Source: Oikopleura dioica
Taxonomy: Eukaryota > Animalia > Chordata
DNA length: 64,000 nucleotides
Assembly: GCA_907165135.1 (NCBI GenBank)
Contig: OU015569.1
Span: 2,108,001 to 2,172,000, forward strand
Direction: 5' to 3'
Below are positions 49,901-62,770 of the stretch, piece after piece (the stretch's first letter is position 1; the number at the start of each line of letters is the position of its first letter). The notes under the pieces are model-generated. The model did not search any database and was not told where the DNA came from. It saw nothing but the letters and a program-made list of their open reading frames with translations. The position numbers were made by a program, and so were the translations under genes.

Positions 49901-51600
49901 TGGAAAAAGTCGTCGTTTTCCATGTTGAGAGGACATCTGTCGAAATTGAATCCTTTTAAAAGCATAAAAAATGCCCGAATTTTCGGTGTTTTGGTACATT
50001 TAGGATAATCATTCACGCGATTTCCTTGAACGCCAGCGAAATATTCCAGCAGCCAAAATCTGCGGACGGGCATATTTTAACAAACTCTGCGTGATTGGAG
50101 ATAAGCGGCCCGTTTCCTGATTCTTTCATGTATAAACTGGCCAGGATTAGCCGCCTCGTCCGCTGCGAACAGGCGGTATATCGTTTTTGAAATGTTGGGC
50201 GACTTTCGAGGGCTACCCACTTAACGGATCACGTGTTCTCCGTAATAGGCAGCCGTTCCGAGCGCAGATTCTGAAATTGCTGGCAGACGAGTCGAACGAA
50301 AAACACTTCGTCCTTGAGCAAAGCTGATACTACTCGTTCAATAAGTTCCGTAGACCCTTAAAAGCAACGAATGAGCAGCGAAAGTGGTTAGAAATCACAC
50401 CTAAAATAGCGTTGTAGTCGTCGATAGGGCAGTTTTCAAGAAAGTCGGCGCAGATGGACTCATTGTGAGAAATCAACGAGAAAGTTTCAATCGGCGAAAA
50501 TTTGAGGTTTGCTTCTCAATGCTCTGAAATCATTCATACTTTTCTTTATCAGTATTTTTCAATTTTAAGCTGTCCTATTTGTCGTTCAAAGTTATTCTCC
50601 AAGAGGATCAGGTTGTGAGCGAACTTGTTGTACAAGTCTTCTGAAGGCTGTTTTCCAAGAAGGTTCTAAAGAGAGGCAAGATGACCTTTGGCTAATTCTT
50701 AAAGAAAAACAAGGCTTGAAAAGAACTTAATAAATATCGTGTGCTCTTTCTTCTGATCGCAGTAGAAAGCGGGTTGAGCTGTGGCGCGAGTGGATTCATT
50801 AGCACGGGCACTCCCTTTGATATCACGTCTCGGATTCTCCTCTCATCCTTTGCAGCTTTATTTGGGATCAAAATGCGATAGAAAAGCGAACCTTTAAAAA
50901 AGAGAATTCGATCCGCTAGACTAGAAGCACTTGAAAACGTGGACATTGCCAGTATGTCTCTAAGCCCGCTCTAATATCATCCGGAAACTTGGTTAGAAGC
51001 GTGTGGGTTAGATTTGGGTCCAAACTTGTGTTTTCGCCTTCATCGACGACTCCGATAAATTTGACCGTTTGTTTAAACTAGATCGCCAATTCATAAAAAA
51101 ATGAGAGCATTTAAAATTGCGCCCACCTTCGAGTTCAAACGTGTAAGTTGCGAGTCAATATCGCACCTGACGCCAGAGACGAGCACTACTGCCTCTGTTT
51201 TTGCTGCAAAGTAGAAAAGCAGCTTTAATTTCTCGACGAGCTCGTGGCGAGGCCAGTCGCTTAAAAAGGCTACCTTTTTACTCCGGCAAGAAGAAGTACC
51301 TGCAATTCGCGAGTGGACCACCTCTGACGATGAGCAAAAGGCTCGGACGTTCTTGAAACCATTGGTTGACAATTGAGCCGAAATTATTACGATTGGCATA
51401 AGCCACCTTCCCAACTGATTGAATACTTTTCAAGTCTCTCGTTCGTTCCATCTCCAGAGACAAGCAAAAACCTCTAAAAACTCGTCCCCAATTCTCTCAT
51501 CTCGAGCAAGTGGCAAAAAGAATTCGCGAAGGAGAAGCACTGTACTGGCGATACTTGATCTTTGCCCATTGTAACGGTTCACATTTGCCCGCTGGAAGAA
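46987..51600 (-). CDS. Divergent TRPM-family cation channel (TRPM2-like if joined to the NUDT9-H exons), multi-exon
   Basis: MHR1-like WLMPIVIIS...AAKTEAVVLVSG; MHR4-like ILVWALVNSKAEVA...ILTDCF...CSQWG; transmembrane exons; pore-region QGLLFPNEPRSTDLFRGIV; C-terminal coiled coil. The 5' end is approximate. Confidence 0.8.
49231..49290 (+). repeat. Six GC-rich 10-bp tandem units (GGCGGCGCAG-like) in a TRPM intron
   Basis: ggcgagaccg ggcgacgctg ggcggcgcag ggcggcggaa ggcggcgcag ggcggcacaa, preceded by CAG. Confidence 0.7.
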
Positions 51601-53492
51601 AAAAGGGAGTTACTGTGGTTACTTGGCCTGGCTTTAATTCGCGGCAAATAAGCATTTCACAAATTCGGCAATTGGAATTTTAATTGTAAATCGCAGATTG
51701 ACAAAGTGCTGCTCGTTTATTATCCTACAAGAAGAAACTTCCGCCGCGTCAATTTATTTTCATAGCCAAACTTAATAAAATTCAATTTAGGTGAGAACGT
51801 CTAAACATTTGGACAGGTGATGAATGGCTCCTCTCATTGCCGTTTTCAAACGCGGTCCCATCCATTAGAAAACCTATTAATGTTGATTTTCGCTGTAAAA
51901 AACGACGCTCGCTACGCTTGAAAGGTTAATTTTGTTGGAGCGTGTTCCCGGAACTAATTAACTAATATAGGCTTTGGGGAGCTTAGTTCTCCTGTACTTT
52001 CGCATTATCACACGCCTTCCGACACGAATATTCGGCCCCTGCATATTCAGTTAAAGGATATGCATGTCAAGGCGCTACAAATTAAATTTGCGCACCTTGC
52101 ATAGGGACACAGCCGCACAAGAACCAGTTAGAATGACGCCCTCACACTTTATTTAGAACGTAAATATCCAGCGAAAAAATAACATCTGCAACGTTGATTA
52201 TTGGCGCCCAGAAGAAAATTAAAACGAGCATGCGGAATTCCATCGCGGACAAACAAGCTGTGATGAAAGAGAAGAGCCTCTGAGAGCGTAAAAAACGAGG
52301 AATGCATGAGACAGTGGCGATGGAGTACTCTGATGTGAGTATTCTCACGATGCTCGCCACAATCCCATATTGCCCCGCGGGGATATTGGGCTTTATTCAT
52401 GATTCTGCCCCTACCCGGACCGGGTGGTTACTACTCCGTTTGATTGAGGTTAGAAGCGCGGAATAGCGCCACCGTTTTCACGTAGTCCGCGTGCCGTAGA
52501 ATCAACGCGCCGCCCTTACTACAACTACACATTCACAACACAACCCTAGAAAAAGCAAACGATTCACTTCACTTACCTCAACACGCTTTTTTCCTATATT
52601 CGGCTGGGGAAGTAGAGAAGGAAAGAAAAATGAAGCGGGAATGAGAAAAAACACGGAAGATAATTTAAACGTGGAATGGGCAGACTAATCAAACAATGGG
52701 ACAAATGGAGCCAAGAAAGAGAAGATGCATCTGTATTGCTTTGACTTGTGCGCTGACTCTGGAACGGCTCATACAATCAAAAATTTCTTAGACTTTGATT
52801 TTTATTTGCTGAGCCGCGGAATAGATTTTCATCCTAGCAGGCACACTATGCGGTATTTTCATCCCCAAAATGCTAACATCAGCGCCCGAGCACGTAGAGG
52901 TCACTTCAGGTATGCCCAAAATTCTAGCGCCAAAACAGGGTCAACGTGCGAATGAGTATCGGCGCGATAATCTAAGCGCAACACATAAACTTGCACAAAC
53001 AAAGCTTTTCCAGCGGGGGCTAGAATCATTGGCAATTTGGCATTAATAGAGTTCGGCCACAGCGTGCAGATAATTTATTCAAATGATGACAGGAAATTTG
53101 AAAGTTTGAAAATTATCGTTTTCTCGATTTGCCGGCTGATTCACATCTTGATGAAGAGAATACCCTCATAATTAGCTAAATTGCGGAGCCACTTTTAGAT
53201 TTAGCTCAAGGGCCTGGTGCGCTTCAAATAACACTAGTCTTCCTCCGCGTCCGATGGTACAGACAAAATTTTACCAGCACTTTTTGATCGTTGAGTTTCT
53301 AAACAATATGCCCTTATAGATAGCGATACGCTTGCAAAAGCTCTCTGACTGCGTTATCAGCCGCAGGTGGCCTATATCCCCTTCACCCGCGAAAATTCGT
53401 GGTGTAATGATAACGCAGACGAATGTATAATTAAATTTCATGAAAAAGCAGCATCTTGCTTGATTTGCAACGGATTATTAATGCAATCGTTA

Positions 53493-56066
53493 GATTGAGA
53501 AGACAAATTCACTCAGAATAAATTCAGCGAGCGCGCCGATTGAAGTGAGCTCCACGACAAGCGCGAGCACGCTGAGCAGCGACTCGACATTCACAGAGCT
53601 TGAAACTACCACTACCACAACAACCGAAGCAATAACAACGACAACTACGACAACTACAACGACGACAACTACCTCAACAACAACAACTACCGCATTCCCA
53701 ACAACAACGAGCACGGTGCCCGTAATAGAAGCAGGCGAGCCGTTGCTCAACTTTTTAAAGAGCACGAGAGAAGATGACGAGCCCAAAATCGACTTTATAG
53801 ACACGATGGACACGACACAAAGTAGAGTTCACATTGTAAATATTACTACTGGAAGCTGGATGTTCGGCGATGTCGAGAATCTTTGGTCACATTATCTCGT
53901 GATATTTGTTCCAAAGGGAAAGGTCACGATAGCAACATCACTGCCCGTTTATTTTTAAAACAGCAACGAATTAGTTATTCAAACCTTCTAAAAGTACCGC
54001 GACCAAAACCTCGATGGAAACGGATTCTTCTACTCAACCGAGGGGCCTGCTGATGGCAGCGATATGCTCCTCTCAATCGAAGCCGAATTCATGAAGGGTC
54101 TCGCGGAGCGCACAGGATCCGTCACAGCGCTGCTCTACGGTAATCCGCCCTCTCCGTTGCGACATGGCACCGGGTCAAACGACACGGAAGAGGTCTTCTT
54201 CGGAAACCAGATCTTGGCGCTATCGTGGGATTACGCCCGCAAATCCGAGCCTGTCGATCCTTCGGTGAGTCGTTTTTTTTCATTTATATATAACACCTGG
54301 AAAAATTAAATAATCCATTTATTAATTCTAAAATTATAGTTATGATATGTATGCAAAAAATAAGAAAGAATCCTTGAATTGTGGATATTTCAGGCCTTTT
54401 CTTAAATGAATCGAGACCGGGAATGAATCCTCGGTAACATGATCCGAACGTTAGCCCTTTGCGGCATCCGAGCTCTCGAGAAATATGCCAAAGAATGCTT
54501 GTGCATTTGCGATGTTCCGCTCTCTCCTTTTTGTATAAGAAAAACGCAGCGGAACAAACGCGTTCCGTTACGTTTAACTCAAACATCATTTCCGTGAAGT
54601 CCATAATTGGCGAGGCGCGGATTGAGCGCGGCCACACTCGAGAGTGTTCTTCTTTCTCATCTGTTCGTTCAGAAAAACGTGGTCTTTCCGATCCTGCGAT
54701 CTGTTTTGCGAAGCTTGGACGCGGTGACGGACATTGTGCAGGAGAAAGACGAGCTGCCGGTTCCGATTAGCAATTTCTGCGTGATGTCGGAAGTCCCCTT
54801 CGTCGCCTGGCTCGCTGGAGTAGATCCGAGGGTCAAGTGCTCAGTTCCGATACTGACTGACTTGATTAACGGCACCGCCCAGTTCGAGCGGCAGTACAGG
54901 TAAAAACCCCCACGTTTCGAATAATTTCTTGTGAAAATATAAAAATCGTCGCGCTACAAGCGTAAAATCAAATTTCAAATGGGAAAAATCGTAGCGCTCA
55001 AAACTTGTCTCGAATAATTTTCAAAGTTCCTGCATTTCTTTTTTTAAAAAAGTGATCAAAGGTCTATGGCTGGCTGGAGTCATCACTGGGCTGGCTTTGG
55101 GGATCTGTTTGACGACCTGGGCTCGAGAGAGCTCTGGGAGGTTCTTCGACATGTGGACCCGATTTATCAACCAGAAAGATTCAATCAATCGATTCTCATG
55201 CTCAGAGCCGGAAACGACGAAGCTTCTGGTAGATACTAAGTCATTCCTCAATGCTTATACAATATATATTAAGTTCCCGATGCAACTTACGATTTCTACG
55301 ACAAAATGAGCAAGAACCAAAAGATCTACCTACGCTCGCTGCCCAACTCGTTGCATGAGATCGACGAGCGTTTCCGCAACACCATCGAAGGCTTTTACGT
55401 TGCCGATCGAAGCCAGTCGCGAGAGTAAGTCTACTTCATTCAATCAAGCTTGTAAAGAGAGAAGTACTCGGTCTCTGACTAGAGGAATGCGCCGTGCATA
55501 AATTTATATTTTCTTCAAAAATGTGCTTTTAGAAGCCCGCAGCCAAATCTAAATTGGACTTTGCTTGCCACTGACGAAGAGAACGAGATCATCGTCACCA
55601 GTGATAGACGACCTTCGCGGATAACAGTGTGGATGTCTGAAACGCAGAACAGGAACAAGAAGGATTTCAGACTTTTGAAGCTGGTCAAGGATGGCGTCAC
55701 CGCGCAAAACAGTCAATATTTGTGAGGAGATTCAGTTGACTTTCGCTGTTTTACTGTTCTTGTAGGCCCTTCAAGGAACCTCCTTACCTCGAAGACATCA
55801 CTTTCGATTTGGAGCGATATCGAGGCAGGCGCCAGGCGATGTACACTCAGCTGTACACTTACCGGGCGAGTTTCGAAATGCCCCCGAAAGGCTACTGGAA
55901 AGCATACTTCATCGAACTCGAGTTCGTCGGCCAGTGGTCCTCGCAGATCTACACCACGGAGACAAACGTGATCCCGAACAAGCTGCCCTGGCAGGGATGC
56001 TGGGAGAACCAGCGCAAGAAGCACTTCTACGACTGCGAGAAAAAGTACGAGCGTCGCTTCTTGTGA
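53493..56066 (+). CDS. PqaA / autocrine proliferation repressor AprA family protein with a Thr-rich N-terminal stalk, multi-exon
   Basis: LWSHYLVIFVP, ILALSWD, FPILRSVLRSLDAV, WLAGVDPRVKCSVPI, VDPIYQPERF, YLRSLPNSLHE, LNWTL, KDFRL and GYWKAYFIELEF...YTTETNVIP occur in the order expected for the PhoPQ-activated pathogenicity protein family (recognised from memory of the family). The first exon was not located. Confidence 0.78.
53600..53712 (+). repeat. ACN-codon low-complexity tract encoding poly-Thr (mucin-like)
   Basis: ETTTTTTTEAITTTTTTTTTTTTTSTTTTTAFPTTTST within ORF 53545-53958. Confidence 0.85.
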
Positions 56067-56255
56067 CAGAGCAGAATCATCAATACAGAGTACCTCTACG
56101 AAAGTGGGAGGCACTGCCGCGCGCCGGAAAGTGCTCTTATTCACTATTTTTATAATCTTTAACCTATGTAAAATGCCCTCAATCAATACACTTCCTGAAA
56201 ACATATTTATTAATAAATTTCTATTCAAATTTCAGAATCAGTGTAGAATTTTTAT

Positions 56256-58694
56256 TTATTCGCAGACTTTCGAAATTAGCTCTTTATCTTTCGCCGCAGC
56301 TAAAAAACTTTATAATTTGTATGCAAATTATCTCAAACCTTGTATTTCGCAGAGAAGAGAACTTCGACAATCTTTATCGCACTTTGAATGCTGGCTTTTG
56401 TGGTACTTGTTTGCAAAATACTTTCGAAAACTGCCACTGCTTTTGCCGTCTTTCCACGCTGCGACGAGTGCACCCCATGATTCAGGAGACAGGTCTTGAA
56501 GATTGTACTCCGCTCTCGCCGAGTATGACTAGATAATGATGAAAATTAGAGGCTTTTCATGAGAAATAATGACCTTGAAGAACTTCGGCGTTTCGTTTCT
56601 AGCAACGTCTTCTACATTCGTTTTGAAGGTATGATGCTCCAGTACAGCAAAAGTGGTATTTTCCCGTTCCCAACTGAGTAAGGCTGATTTTGTCATCGAA
56701 AAGGTAAGAAAATTGCCCTCATCAAGTTCATAAAATATTAACACTGAAATCAGTCCTGTCAATTTCGTACACTCTGAAAGAAGGATCCACACCCTCCCAT
56801 GTTGTCACACTTGGAGTGACATAGGCTATGTTGCTTGGTTGCTTCTCGTCGTAGTCAGAATAGAACACTTTTATGTGATCCCAATGGGTGTGGCCATAAA
56901 ACTGTACAGTGACGGTTTCTGAGAACCTAGTCAAATTTATAATAGCCCTAAATCTATACGCCGTACCGATCGATTATTTTGTAGAACTCCGCCGAGCAAA
57001 AGTGGATCGTGTCGGGCTCTCCAGGTGGTATGTGTCCTAATAATAGCACTTTTTCCGACGTAGCTTCGGCCCTCACTAATGTGTCCACAAGCCATTGATG
57101 TTGGTTGCTTACGGTTTTTGAAGGGAAGTATGTAATTTTAATTTGTAAGGGTTTGTCGCCTCGTGAATAGAAAATGCACGAGTGACACGGCGCAACTAGC
57201 TGTTATCAGTTGTTATATTCACGGGAGAAAACCGAGCCCGGGGTCGCCATCCGTGAGAAGAATCCAGAAGTTCTCATCGTTGCAGAAGTTCGAGTTGATG
57301 GAGACGACTCTGAAGCCCGGTCGTAAAAGCTGCGTGTACTGAAGGAAGGGGATGCTTTTAGTCAGAATAAGGATCAATTTTATACATATCCGTGGCGTTT
57401 TATGGTCTCGTAAGATTGTGCCTCGAGTCCAAATGGTTCCCACGCGTCTGCTAACACCTAGATGGGCTTTAGATTTTTCACACATGGCAGAAATTACTTC
57501 GTAGAGCCAATAGTCGCTGCTGGGAAAGGCGTTGACCGGAACTCCTTCATGATTCCCGACCGACGGTAAAATCACTGTTTTCTGAATAAAATAAAATAGA
57601 ACTAACGCCAGAGGAAGAACTTGCCGGAAATCTTTTGCGAAATTCTTGCGTGATATTGAATATTAGACCAGCGGTAGTCCGGGGAGAGTACTCCCAGAGG
57701 TTATGTGCTAAAATTATAAAAATGGCTTTGATCAAAGAATCAGCTTACCCGGCGCGTCACCTGTCCAAAAAAGGAAGTCCGGTTCGGGAAGCGTCTCTTT
57801 TGCTGCATCTGAGGCTGATAAAGAAACTCGCTCAAATAATCGAATAAAATATGAAAGGTGTCCTTTCCTAAAGTGGCGGCAAATGTTCTGAATGGAATGT
57901 CACAGGATGCTTTTGTGCCCCAGAAAAACGCTGAATTTGCTGCGCTTTTTTGTGAGCTTCCAGTTGAGGAAGAGCGGCAGCATAGCGGCTGATCGCATTC
58001 AGATAGCGCGTTCTCTTCGTAATCCAGGTCAATGTGGACGTCGGTTATGTGGAGAACTTTGAGAGTTTTAACTGGCTCGGTCTGGGGTTGAAAATGTGAA
58101 GTTGAGATTTCAACCTTTGTGCTCTTTGAAATTTATAACCCGCGCTTAGTTGGGAACGCCGTCTTCGATCGTGGACGCTTTCTAGTTGGGATTTGAACTT
58201 GCTTCCATTCGAACAGATTCCAAATCTCAGCCGAAGAAAAACAATCGGGCAGAATCAAATTGCAAACTGATTGAGGACTGGGTCGGACATTACGCACAAC
58301 GGCGAGAAACTCCGGCCGGAAGAGGTCAATCGTCCCGTAGCAAATGTTTTTGTCGAATATTTTAAACTGCCAGCAGATTTTCTTGAGAGACCTTGTCTTT
58401 TGATGCTAATGGAATTTCGTGATTATCGCGGCTGAAGAGACAAAGATACGTCTCCTTGTCTCCAACAATAACCATTTAGCTAACTTTGACAAATGAACGC
58501 GTTGGCCCCTCGCTCGGTTCTCACAAACGGCAATAAGGTTTTCACCCCCGCTTCGCATGCGAGACATTTCGTCGAGTAAGCTAGAATATTGACCGCTCCA
58601 AATAACTGTTAATTAATTCTGCTTTTCTACCTCTTGACTTTAGAACAAGTGATGCGTCGGCCAGACAAATAGCAAGAAAGATTACCAGCTTCAT
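56256..58694 (-). CDS. SMPD1: Acid sphingomyelinase (SMPD1-like metallophosphoesterase), multi-exon
   Basis: Signal peptide MKLVIFLAICLADA; saposin-like exon; LHITDVHID, FWGTKASCDIP, FWTGD, VGNHEGVP, LLGHIPP, FYGHTHWD, PSVTTW, FRVYEID; C-terminal YSARAEYNL...CDKDCRSSLLC. Confidence 0.9.
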
Positions 58695-60423
58695 GAGCAA
58701 TAAACCTTCTCTTTTAAACTTTCCGCTCTCGCCTTTTTAATCCATTGTTTATTTTTTTTATCAGAACTTGATCTCGAAATCAAGTCTGGGCGAAAATCGT
58801 TGATTCTTTTCTGAACCTATCCCGCTCGTAAAAATGCTTTTAGTAGGAAACAGAAAGTGACAGAAGAAGAAGCAGAAAGTGATAATACATTGATTGAGGG
58901 CGGAGATTAGCCAAAGCGGGTATTATTTTCGGACAGCGCTTCAAGCTGGGAAGATGAACTTTTCGCGTCATTTTTTCGCGGATCCTCACCCCCTGTGAAA
59001 TCTAGCAACAGTTTCACAAGCAACGTTTTTTTGATGTTTGGCGGAATTCAATCGATCCGACGTCATTCGCCGTTTATCCTATATTTTCCATCGATTAACA
59101 GCAAAATGGCGATTAATAATTTTCGCGGGCTCAATACTTTTTTCTCCCTTCTTTCAATCTAGGTACCGGGCAAAATATAAGCAAGTGGCTTTGTCCCACG
59201 GCAATGGAGCTGGGATTCGATTTCGTAAATTTTCTCGTCATTGCCAAAATTGAAAAGGATTGATGGATGATTTTATTCTTGAGATTTGCTCGAATCGCAT
59301 TAGGTTTTTTTTTCAGCGCAAGTCATTTTTGTCAATTGCAATTTCGCTTATTGGATGTTTTATGCTTGAATGCGCTGTCAAGAAGGTATTCCTGTTTTCG
59401 ACAGTTTGGGAGGCTGTTACGTTGGCTTCGTAGGCTAAAGTTAAAATGGGCATTGGATTTGGTAGTTATCGGAGAACGAGTAGAGAGATCGACTCGGTTG
59501 GGATTGGTTGAGGAGCGCCTCCCGACCCATCTGGCTGCTATTTTTGCTCATATGGTCTAACCACCACGCTGAGAATATAACTCGCTTTTGTACAGGAAGG
59601 AAGTTACAGAGAGGACGAAGATCGACAACCGAAAAAGAAATTCATAAAAATCCAAAGCAAGTAAGTCTGATATTCGATCATCCCAGTCACCCCACACACC
59701 ATTAAATATTCATTTTTTTTTGGGGAAAGGTGATTTTGCTTTTGTTGTTGGCAAAAACAGAAAATGGCCATTTTGTTTCGAGAATTTATTATTATTTTTG
59801 GGGAATCTTGAGCGGAAGAAGGAAAGCCTTGATCGTATCGTTTTTGTCGTGTTTTTGGGGAGTCAAGGTCGCCCATGGATGGATAATCCCAAGGGAGCCC
59901 ATTTCAAGGTGAAGTCAACTTCAGCCCTCGCCCGGCCAGAATTGTCTTTTTAAAAGGTACAGCTTTCGCGTTACTCAGTGAATAGACCTTGCAAATCGAT
60001 CTGCAAATAGCTTAGCTCCATTTCAAACTTAAGTTTATCTATATCTTTGCTTGAGAAGCTCCTTTCCATCAATCCCTTTTTTTTAATTATTTTTTTTTCA
60101 TAAATTTGAATAGTTTTATGTTATTCGAAAAATTTTACGAGTTTTCCCTTTGAAAGGGCGTCAAAATCTGGAGATTATTGAAAATGTTTTATTCCAAGAG
60201 GATGACAGTGAGGACGTGACGTGCCCTGTTTCTCAAAGCTGCAATACACTTTACTGCAGTTCGTAGCTGGCACAAATATAAAACTAAACCCGACTTATCC
60301 ACAATTCGCCCAAAGTACGGATGCCGATCAATTTTCAGTACAAGCTCACGCATCCCCGTAAAAGGGCACTGGTAAGGTTCGCTCTGGAACAGGCGCCCCA
60401 ACTGATAAAATAAAAACAATTAA

Positions 60424-60573
60424 GGGTGTCCCCAACGATCGAGTTTGACTGTTCTTAGTCGGGTGACCAAACTATTTTTAAGGAAGCTGCCTTAACCGAA
60501 AAGCCTTCAGTAAGTCCTATAAAAATTAGCTCAAAGTATAGCCTGTTTAAAAAAAAAATCGTTGGGGACACCC
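60424..60573. mobile_element. 150-bp MITE with TTAA target-site duplication (Kolobok-like termini)
   Basis: 15-bp TIR GGGTGTCCCCAACGA / TCGTTGGGGACACCC, with TTAA at 60420-60423 and 60574-60577. Purine-start termini fit Kolobok better than piggyBac, which starts CCC. Confidence 0.85.
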
Positions 60574-62770
60574 TTAAAGCGAGAGTTTTTATTTAGTAGA
60601 GATTATCGCTCATTAGTATCGATTTCTTATACCTAATGATTTCAAGGTTGTCTTGTTTAAAAAAACTACTCGTTTTGTGATAATTTCAGATTTTTGTGTC
60701 TCTTTTTTTGGAAGTGTTGGTTTTTAAACTGTCGATTGAATTGATAAGTGAAGGAGAATAGTGACAGGTGAAGGTACTTAGGCGTACTGGTTCTTTGGAG
60801 AGCCTGGGCGCCGTTGAAATATTCATCTCTTGACAACAGATCAGAATGCTCTGCTTTCTTGATGACACTAGTTGGATGCACCCCTGAACGCTTTCGCTTT
60901 ACTAAATAGAGCTCAGAGAGGGATAAGCGTCGAACAGATAGATACAATTTTTTCTATTATATTGCCAATTCTATATCTGGCTAGGGCGAGCGAGGCAATG
61001 ATCTTCTTTTTTTCACAGCCAAAGAAATCGAGAAAGTAAAATGACTCTTTTTCTGGAATAATTTATCCGTAGCGTTTCAAACGCAGCCGCACAGCACACA
61101 CACTGCATGATTCGCAAAAAGGATGATAAAGATTAGCCAAGCTGAGTAGAGAAATCTTGTTCAGAAAAAAAAAGGTGGAATCGAATTGAGAATGACCGTC
61201 CTGGCGTGCAATTTGAGATATCCCCAAATGAGATATCCTTGTAGTTCGATTTTCTGCAACAACTTGCGGGAATTTAATGATCGCTACTTTTTAATCAATT
61301 TTGTTTCTTTTTCATCTTGGCGGGTTTCTTCCTTGATTCCAAGGTTTTCTCTTTTCGAGCGCTCGGGAAATATTCGCGAATATTTTGAATGATTAGAACA
61401 TCGCTAAATTATAGATGCGGACTAGGAATAATACGCTAGAATATTCAAATATTTGAGCGAAGAACTTGACTCGCCGCACGGGCTCAAGAACTGTTGATTA
61501 TTTATCAGATCTTTCTTCTCTCAAACTCAAAGGAAAATTCTGAGAGAGAAGGACGAAGGCCAACTAAAATGTGAAAAAGAACGGTTTCATATTTAATTGG
61601 ATTGAGGTCTCTGGGAGGATGTTTGGGATAAGGGCATTTAATGAAGGAAATGGCCGAAGAGATCAAGTGCGGTCTTTAGGGTGGGTTAGGCACACGCTTT
61701 TGGGTTCATTTATCGCTAATTGCCCCAGGCGCATGGGCATGTTCTTAATTTGCCTTAAATTCGATTCCATGTTTTACAATATCTGATGATGCGTGATGCG
61801 CCATCTAGGGCGTCGTTTATTATCCATTCAACGATGGCGGCGGAATTTGGGCACACTTATCAAACTTGCTAGAGCTTCTCACAACACCATCGAAAAGCAT
61901 GGAAACAGAGAATCCCATAACATAGAGCGAATTCCTCAGCACAAACTAACAGAATGCCGACGCGCATTCAAGAGCTCCACGAGCCCACGGCTTTGGCCAA
62001 ATCTAGAACATTCCCGTTCTATGAGTCCGACTTGCTTGTGGATGAGGTGTGCATGGAAAATGATTTTTTTTTCATAACTGAACGTGTTCAGTTTGAGCCG
62101 GCCAAGATAAAATTATGATCGCCAATTACCTTTTGAAGCAAAAATTAAAGAGTTCAGAACTTTTCTTATAATGAAACATATCAGTGGACTTATTCTAGTT
62201 TATATGATTATAGAGAAAGCATTATTTATTAGACTTAAAAGCCTACAGAAAGAATTAAATAGTGGAGAATATATTAAATACTTACTGAAACAAATAAATG
62301 CTTTATTTCAAAATTTAATGTTTAAAATTTGTTAAGATGGAAGGAAACAACAGCGACCGATTTATTGTGAAGACGACAAGCCTGGAACTGTAAGTATTTG
62401 TCATTGTGTGGAAAAATGATTAGGAAAAAATAACTTGGGATTATTCTGTAGTTTCGAGAAGGACGGGTCGATCGCACTGAGTGACCATAATTGCATTCTT
62501 GCGGATTTCTTAATTTATCCAAAAATCTATAATCACTTGTTTTATCTGACGGTCGCCGAGTAATCATTTATCCTCATTTTCCAGCTCGATGGATTTAAAA
62601 GCATTCTGAAAAAAGGTGCAGTAGCAAAGCCGCTCGCAAGAGTGAAAATTAAAGTCAAATTAAAAACAGAACAGCGTCGCAGTCTGTGGCAGACAGAACT
62701 TTCAAGGCATAAACATTGGTTAAGTAATAGATTAGGCAGAAACTTCGGCTGCCTGAATAAGCAATTCAAG

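Noticed and set aside
53490-53813. Val-rich minus-strand ORF that looks like a membrane protein
   Set aside because: It is the antisense shadow of the poly-Thr tract.
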